A stretch of 64,000 bases of DNA from assembly GCF_009914755.1 (NCBI RefSeq), contig NC_060927.1; one strand, 5' to 3'. Every line of letters starts with the position of its first letter. The first letter of the stretch is position 1. Shown piece by piece: positions 56,212 to 64,000 of this stretch. This DNA is from the human T2T-CHM13v2.0 reference genome, Homo sapiens. Made by a program: the position numbers and the translations under genes. The notes beneath the pieces are model-generated. The model searched no databases. It saw nothing but the letters and a program-made list of their open reading frames with translations, and was not told the origin of the DNA.

Positions 56212-57160
56212 TATCTTAGCTCAGGCTGCTGTAATAGAATACAGCCATGTGTCACTTAACAATGGGGCTACATTCTGAGAAATTTATCTTTAGGTGATTT
56301 CATCATTGTGTACCCATGATAGAGTGTCCTTAAACAACTTAGATGGCAGAGCCTGCCACACACCTAGGCTTTGTGGGATAGCCTGTTGTTACTAGAATAC
56401 AAACCTGTACAGCTTGCAACGGTACTGAATACTGTGGGCAATTGTAACCCAAATATAAGTGTTTGTGTCTCTAAACATAGCTAGACATAGAAAATAGACA
56501 GTAAAAATAAACTGTAAAAGATTAAAAAATAGTATACCCATATATGGCCTTCACCATGAAAGGAGCTTGTGGGACTGGAAGTTGCTCTGGGTGAGTCAGT
56601 GAGTGAGTGGTGAGTGAATGTGAAGGTCTAGGGCATGACCCTGCATGACCGTAGACTTTATAAACACTGGACACTTAGGCTACATTAAATTTATTAAGAG
56701 TATGTTTTTCTTTCTTCAATAATAAGTTAATCTTAGCTTACTGGATAACTGCCATCATACATGTGGTCTATTGTGGACTGCAATGTCATTATGTGGTGCA
56801 TGACTGTACCACAAACTGGAGGGGCTTACACAGTGGAAATTAATTTTCTCATAGTTATGGAGGCTGGAAGTCCAAGATCAAGGGCTGTTGGTTCAGCTTC
56901 AGATGAGGGCCAGGTAAGGGCTTCCTGGCTCGCAGACAGCTGCCTTCTTGCATCTTCACATGCTGTACTCACAGTGTGGCAGGAGTGTGATCAAGCTCTG
57001 GCCTTTCCTCTTCTTGTAAGGTCAATAATCCCACCATGGGTGCCCCACTCTGTGGCCTCATCTAAACCTAAGTACCTTCCAAAACCCCTCCTCCAGATCC
57101 ACTGGGGGTTAGGGCTTCCACATATGAATTAGGGGGGACATAAATGTTCAGTTCATATTA
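56212..57160 (-). mobile_element. MLT1A-type MaLR LTR split by Tigger3
   Basis: 'tcttagctcaggctgctgtaatagaata|ccacaaactgg...ggaggctggaagtccaagatcaagg...gggggttagggcttccacatatgaatt'. Confidence 0.88.
56242..56806 (+). mobile_element. Tigger3 (Golem) TcMar element with TA TSD
   Basis: TIRs 'cagccatgtgtcacttaac' and 'gtcattatgtggtgcatgactg', flanked by TA; internal 'ctggaagttgctctgggtgagtcagtgagtgagtggtgagtgaatgtgaagg'. Confidence 0.92.
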
Positions 57161-57720
57161 GCTTAAAGCAACACAGTCATGTTAACATGATCCCTCCTGG
57201 TTTCTGACATGGTTGGGTGGTTCCTGCTCAGGGTCCCTCACAGCACTGGGGTCAGATGGGTCTGAGACTGGAGTCACCTGAAGACTGCCCCCCACTGTGT
57301 CTGGTGTTGATGCTGGCTGTCGGCTGGGCTGTCCTGACACTGCCAGCCTGCCTGGGATGGGTACAGACTTTCCTGTGTGGGCTCCATCGAGAGCAGCTGC
57401 AGGCCATGCTGGGAGCAGCTGGCAGCTGAGTGGAGTGGAGATGCTGCAGGCTGGTAGCTGGATGTTGCCACATTGAGCCCGACTCTGCTCCTTCCTGGGT
57501 ACAACCCAGCGTGTCTCCTGGCTTGTTCCCTGGGAATTCCGTGTGGGCACCTGTTGGCCTGTCTAGGTGCACATCTGGAGCAGAGAGGAGGTGGGCCTAG
57601 GTGGGCCTGGCCAGACTGTGGTGTCATATGTCACCCTGTGACTATGGCTCAGGATGAGCATGGCTGTGACTTCAGGACTAGAGGGTGAGGAATAGGTACT
57701 GGCACAGAGCAAGGCAGCAG
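57160..57720 (-). mobile_element. Older MLT1 (F/G-like) LTR
   Basis: 'gcttaaagcaacac...ggttcctgctcagggtccctca...ttgatgctggctgtcggctggg'. Confidence 0.65.
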
Positions 57721-58409
57721 GAAGGTGACCCCAGGTCCCAGTGGCCCAGGGTGGCTTGCTGAGCTCATGCAGGGGCAGATAGAAGGCGCTGGGCCTCTTG
57801 CCCCTCAGCCTGGCTTCTGAAGACATCGTAGGCTTCCCTTCCTTGCTGGAGTTGTGACTCTGAAGAGGGCACAGGGAGGCTCGGGCCCCATCTGCCAGGT
57901 GCATTGTCCACAGGGTCCATGGCTTTGGGCACACACTTTGCTGCGTGCTCTGGGAAAAGCTGCTTCATCCACCAGCGAAGGGCTGCAAGGAAGGCATTCC
58001 TTAAAGATCACTGGGTGTGCTGAGATGGGAGAACCAACCGGGTGCACGTGGGGTGCTGCCGGCCAGCCAGGGCATCCCTAGGCACGGGTCTCATGCAGGA
58101 GGGGGTGCAGGGCACAGCAGACTCTGCAGACAGGGCCCCGCTGAGAGCTGAGCTGGGGACAAGGGCAGGGTGTGGAGGGGACACAGGGTGGGAGCCAGAG
58201 GTATCACAGGTGGGTCTGGTGAGGATGCCCGGAGATCAAGAAGGGACTGCAAGGGGGGTCCTGCTTAGGTCAGGCCTAGCTTGAGAGATGGTGGCAGTAG
58301 TAGCAGTTCCTGAGACACTGATCTGGGGAGTGAGCTGGCGACAGAGAACACTGGCCAGGCCGAGGATCAGCTGCACAAGCTACATGCTTGGATCTTTCTC
58401 TGTATTAGA

Positions 58410-60572
58410 GACTGTGAGTGTGAGAGTGTGTGAGTGTAAGTGTGTGAGTGTGTATGTGTGAGCGTGGGTGAGCATGTGAGAATGTGAGTGTGTGAATGTA
58501 TGTGAGTGTGTAAGAATGTGATTGTGTGTGTGTGAGATGTGTGATGGAATGTAAATGTGTGAATGCGTGTATGATTTTCTGTCTCAACCAAACCATCGTC
58601 CAAGCTGTGTGTATGCATTTGTATATGAGAGTGTGTGTAAATGTGTGATGGAGTGTGAATGTGTGTGTTAGTGTGTGTATGAGAGTGTATGTGTGAGTGT
58701 GTAAATGTGTGTGAATATGTGAGTGTGGTGGAGTGTATGTGTGCATGATGGAGTGTGAATGTGTTAGTGTGTTTGTGTATGAGGGTGTGTGTATGTGAGT
58801 GTGTGTAAATGTGTATAGGAATATGAGTGTGAAGAAGTGTATGTGTGTGTGACAGAGTGTGAGTGTGTCTGTGTGTCTTATATGAGTGTGAACGTGTGTC
58901 TGAATGTGTGTGAAGTGTGTGTGTGTGACTGTGTGGTTGAGGGTGAATGTGTCTGTGTCAGTGTGTGTGGTGTGTGTGAATGTGTGTGTGAATATGTGTG
59001 TTTGTGATGGAGTGCAAGAGTGTTGTGTGAATGTGTGTGGTGGAGTGTGAATGTGTGAGTGCATGTGTCTGTGTGTTTGTGATGGAGTGTATGTGTGTGT
59101 GTCTATGTGTGTTACTGTGAGTGTGAATGTCTGTGTATTAGAGTGTGTGTGAGTGTGATGAAGTGTGTGTGGGGTGTCTGTGTGTCTGTGTGAGTCTGTG
59201 TGTGTGTCTGAGTCTGAGTGTGTTTGAGTGTATCTGTGTGTTTGTGTGTGGAGTGTGTGTCTGTGTGGTGTTTCTGTGTGTGTCAGTGTGTGTGTGTCTG
59301 AGTATGTGTGTGTCTGTTAGTGTGTCTGTGTCTGTGAGTCTGTCTGTGTGTGTCACTGTGTGTTTCCGTGTGCATCTGTGTGTTTCTGTGTGTGTGTGTC
59401 TGTGTGAGTGTGAGTCTGAGCCTGAGTGTGTGTGTTTCTGTGTCTGTGTGTCTGTGAGTGTGTGTGTTTGTGTGTCTGTGTGTCTGTGTGTGTATGTGTC
59501 TGAGTGTGTGTGCCTTGTGTGTGTCTGTGTCTGTGTGTGAATCTGTGTGTCTGTGTGTCTGTGCCTGTGTCTGTGTATGTCTGTGTTGTGTGTCTGTGTG
59601 TGTCTTTGTGAGTGTGTGTCTATGTGAGTCTGTGTGTGCATCTGTGTGTCTATGTGTCTGTGTCTATTGAGTGTGAGTGTGTGTGAATCTGTGTTTGTGT
59701 CTATGTGAGTGTGAGGGTATGTCTGCATGTGAGCGTGAATGTGTGTGTCTGTCTGTGTGAGTCTGTGCGTGTGAGTGTGCCTGTGAGTCTGTGTGTTTGT
59801 GTGAATGTAAGTGAGTGCGTGTGAGTTTGTGTGTGTGTCTGTGTGTGAATGTGTGATTGTGTCTGTACATGTGTCTGTGTGTGTGTTAGTGTAAATGTGT
59901 GTCTATGTGTGTGTGAGTCTGTGTGTGTGAAAGTGAGTGTGTCTCTGAGTGTGTCTGTGTGTGTGAGTCTGTGTCTGTGTGTGTGAATATGAATGTGTGT
60001 GTCTGTGCATCTGAGTCTGTGTGTCTGTGTGTGAGTGTGAATGTGTGTGTCTGTGTGAGTCTGTGTGTGTCTGTGAGCATGAGTGTGTGTGTTTGTGTGT
60101 GTGTGTAAGTCTGTGGGTGTTAGAGTGAATGTGAATGTATGTCTGTGTGTCTATGTGTCTGTGTGTGAATGTGAGTGTGTGTCTGTGTGTGTATATCTGT
60201 ATGAGCCTGTGTGTGAGCATGAATGTGAGTGCGTCTGAGTGTGTCTGCGTGAGTCTGTGTGTGAATGTCAGTGTGTGTGTCTGTGTGTGTGTGAACGTGA
60301 ACATGTGTGTGTCTGTGTCTGTGTGACTGTGAGTCTCTGTGTGTGAATGTGTGTGTGTCTGTGTGTGTCTGTGTGTTAATGTGATTGTGTGTGTGTGAGT
60401 CTGAGTGTGAGTGTGAATGTGAGTTTGTGAATGTGCGTGAGTCTGTGTGAGTGTGAGTCTGTGTGTGAATGTGTCTGAGTGTGAGTGTGTGAGTCTGTGT
60501 GTGAATGTGTCTGAGTGTGAGTGTGTGAGTCTGTGTGAGCGTGAGTGTGAATGTGAGTGTGTGTGAGTGTGT
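58410..60572. repeat. ~2.1-kb degenerate (TG)n tract (TGTGTC/TGTGAG/TGTGAA units)
   Basis: Read directly from the sequence; source of the His/Thr and Cys/Val ORFs. Confidence 0.97.
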
Positions 60573-60649
60573 CTGCCTCCTGCTTCCTGGGCTCTCTCGC
60601 TCATTCCCTCTCCTCCACTCGTCTCCGCTATTGACTCTTCTTCACCCCA

Positions 60650-61170
60650 AGGTTTTAAATTTTTCTCTTATTTAAAAATCTAGTGGAATACAGCACACAT
60701 TCAAAAGTGTATAAAATGTGTGTGAACAGTTTCAAGCATAGTAAAATGAACTTCGAATGCATGGGAACACGTTTTCAGGCTCTGGCAACCTCCTGTGTGC
60801 CCTCCCTGTCCACGCCTCCCACCACCCCAACCCTGAGTGACTACCATGGAGTCCCTTAATCACTCCCACCCAGGAATGCAGCCTGTATTAGAAACAGATT
60901 GTTTAGGCTTTCTGGGCTTTTTAACTGGGTGTGAGTGGAATCAAACATGTGGCCTGAAACTCTCAGGCGATGCTGTTTCTGAGATCTCTCTTGTTGTGTG
61001 TGCCTGGAGATCAACCTCTCCGGTGCCACATGGATTCCATTGTTTGAATATACCACTCCCTACTCGTCCCTTCTATTATGGGCGGACACAGGAATTGCTC
61101 CAGGATTCTTTTTTGTTGAAGAACAATGCTGCTGTGAGCATCTCAGATGCGTTTCCTGGGGTGCACACCT
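60650..61170 (-). mobile_element. Old L1M 3' fragment
   Basis: 'ttccattgtttgaatataccac...gaacaatgctgctgtgagcatc'. Confidence 0.6.
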
Positions 61171-62899
61171 TCCTGGGGTTGGTCACAGCCTGGGAATGGC
61201 CCGCCACGGTTCAGAGTAGGCCCCTCCTGTGGCCCTCCACCAGCAGGCCAGGACCCCCCGACCTGTTCCATATCTTCCTTGTCCTCCTTCCCCACTTCCA
61301 TTCCCTCCCCATTTCCCACAAAGGTGGAATCAGACACATGTCGCTGTACACGCCACGCTTGACTAGAGCAGCCTGGTGCAGAGGATGTAATGTCCCATAG
61401 TAGGAGGGGAGCACCCCGTGCCCTCCTCCGTGGCCCTTGCTTCCCGGGCAGGGCATCTCTGAGACAGCCAGAAGCTGTCTCTGCCCCTCCCTCAGAGCAG
61501 AATCAGGTGAGCTCTGTTTTTTCTGTCTCAACCAAACCATCGTCCAAAATGCAGCCCCTGATTGAGGAGGTCCTGATGCTCCTGGGGCAGCCCTCTTTGG
61601 GGCAGAGAGTCGCATGAGCTCTTGCTCCCCTTGCCCTCAATTCCTGATTGTTTTCTGCGGGAAGCCAGTTGTAAAATGGTGGGGAATCTGTTCTTTGTCG
61701 CCGGTTTTCCAGGTGGTTTGTAAACACTCCCAAGGAAATGCTTCTCGGTAATGAACAAGGCCCCTGTGCAAGCTGAAATTGTATGGGCAATTAACCCCAC
61801 TGGCCCAGCGCCCAGGAGGAACACCCCCAGCTGCTGCCTGCTGCACAAGTACCTTCGTGGGAGGGAGTCCAGGGTTCCCAACGTGAGCCCCTCCTCTGCT
61901 GCCTCTCACCTGTGGGGTGTCAGGCAGGGGGGTGGGGAGGGGCAGGTCGGGGGCAGCCGGCTGCACGGGGGTGCTTTTCCCTCTACTGCTGACAACTCAT
62001 CCGGCCTCCCATGGCTTGGGATTCCTGGTGGTTTCTGAGGTTGTGGACACCTGATGGCCTCATTTGGTGTCCCCACCACTAGGCAGCCCCCCAATGGAGG
62101 CATCTGTGGACACGAGTGGGTTGGGGGCAGGCAACTCAAGTTAATGTGTGTCAGTGACACCCTCTGTGGTCACCGAGATGACAATCACAGCCATTTTCAG
62201 CATAGCGTTCAGACACATCTGTGCCTGGCAGGAATCACAGGGGCTACTTCCTCCCACAAGGCTCTTTTTCATTAGGGAGGAAAAAAACCCTCACCAGGTC
62301 CCCTCCCACCTCTCCAGGAACAGCCTGCACCACTGTCTGCTGCCGGAGGCTGCGAGGCTGTGAGTCTGGCATTTTTAAGTCTTGGCGGTGAAAGACTCCT
62401 TCAGGAAAGAAGAGAGTAGGCAGGCTGAGGGAAGGTAGAGTTGGAGGTTGAACAGGAGTTCACCGGTACGAGAAAGGGAAGGCAACACAAGCTGAGGCAA
62501 CAGCAGGTGAAAGGGCCTTATGTATTCTGGTAACAGCAAAGGATTAGAGGATCAGAGTATAGTGGCAAGAGTGGGGACCAGGGAGGGGAGAGGCTGGGAT
62601 CAGCTTGGGGTTCACAAGAGTCTTGGATTCACTGCTGTGGGCCACAGGGAATAATTCTATTTCGCCACTGGGCATAGGACTCCTCAGTTTACCCTCTTGC
62701 ACCTTCCCAGAGTCTCCAGAAAGTACCGCTGGGACACTTCCCCGAAGTCCCCCAGGCCCTCTTTTAACATCACCCCCATCTGAGAGCATGTGCCCGCCCT
62801 CTGTCCCTGAGGTCACTGCAGGTCTGAGATGGGGGAGGAGAAAGGAAGAGCTGAGGGGCACATTCTGGGTGGCTGGCAGCTGGGGTCTAACTAGCTCGT

Positions 62900-63400
62900 G
62901 GACTTGGGGACATCACCTCCTTTGCTGAGCCCTTGCTCCTCTGCCATAAGTGGATGGCAACAGGACTAAAGTCTCCTAAGGTCCTGTGTGGACTTGAGGG
63001 GCTAAATCCCTGCAGCGCGTGGCATGTGGAAGGCACTCAGTAGGTCCATGTGCTCAACATCCAAGCCATGGTTCCTGAGCAGTTGGGTGCTGGGCATGGG
63101 GCACACAGCTGAGACTCCATGTACAAATTCCTGCGCCCCTGGAGCTGACACTTACATGAACGAGACCATTCCAGAGAGAGCTTTGGAGAAAGTTAACAAG
63201 TCAGTGTGTTGGCAGCTGGGGTGGGCTGGGTGGTCTGGAAGAGCTTCTTTGAGGAGGTGACAAAGGGCTGAGACCCGAGTGACAAGGAGGAGCCAGCAGG
63301 GAAAATCACCCCAGGAAGAGGGACTGGGGAACAAAGGCCTTGAGGCGGGAGCATGCAGGCACATCCTGGGAACACAGAGGAAGCAGGTGTGGCTGGAGAG
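62900..63400 (-). mobile_element. MIR followed by an L2 fragment
   Basis: 'acttggggacatcacctcctttgctgagcc...'; 'tgctgggcatgggg...cctgcgcccctggagctgacactta...tggtctggaagagcttctttgaggaggtgaca'. Confidence 0.6.
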
Positions 63401-64000
63401 AGTGGGGACGGAGCAGCTGTCATCCCTGCGGCTGTGATTATTGTTAGGTCAAGTTCTGCATTGGCCACAGTTTCTTGGCGACCAAGCCCTGTCCAGGGTG
63501 CTGAGAGGCCAGCGCAGGGCTGCAGCCCACAGCCCAGGCAATGGACCAGCCGGCTGTGCTCAGACTGGCTCCACCACTACAGCTGGGCAGCCTTGGACAG
63601 CAAGTCCTGAAGCTTCTTTGTGAGCAGCTTTTTCCTCTGCAGTGTGGGGGTGACAGCTAGTGCCTACCTGCTGTGGCTGTCACATAGGAAGAAAGCCAGG
63701 CACGTAGAAGGCACACACCCCATGCAACAATTACTGGGAGGACAAAATGAGGGAAGGTACCAAAGCAGCCCCCTTAACCCAGGGCAGGAAATGCTGGCTT
63801 CCTGGGCTCCAGGGCCTTTGCCACCTTAGTAGGTGCCCTGGCTTTGTGGAGGGTCCTCCCTCCTTGCAGAGTTAGCACATCTGTGTCTATTGGACTGGTG
63901 TCCCCTCCCTGTGGCCTATGGGCTGGACTTCAGGGCACAGGTGGGAGCTCTCCTGGGACCTGGCCACACCCCCACAGAAGCCTCCAGGAATAGCAGGTGA

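Noticed and set aside
58405-60604. Long His/Thr-rich and Cys/Val-rich ORFs
   Set aside because: These are translations of the (TG)n/(CA)n tract, which lacks stop codons by composition.

Overview
Primate (most likely human) non-coding genomic DNA, not microbial. It contains about 8 Alu copies or fragments, many old L1/L2/MIR fragments, MaLR/ERVL/ERV1 LTRs, a decayed ERVL provirus (gag, RNaseH, integrase, dUTPase and 3' LTR at ~26.6-30.3 kb) and hAT/Tigger DNA-transposon fossils. I see no credible protein-coding gene; the supplied ORFs are chance, repeat-derived or low-complexity. Non-repeat patches that look regulatory lie at ~6 kb, the CpG island at ~39.8-40.5 kb, 41.7 kb, 46.6 kb and 55.0-55.4 kb. 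The most unusual structures are two independent GTCT-built tandem arrays (a ~400-bp (TCTGG)n tract and a 15 x 34-bp minisatellite), three local templated-insertion or duplication scars, and one intact plus one collapsed head-to-head Alu pair. I found no evidence for a new multi-gene system. Repeat subfamily names come from recalled consensus sequences, not a database search. Boundaries of old repeats are approximate (tens of bp).
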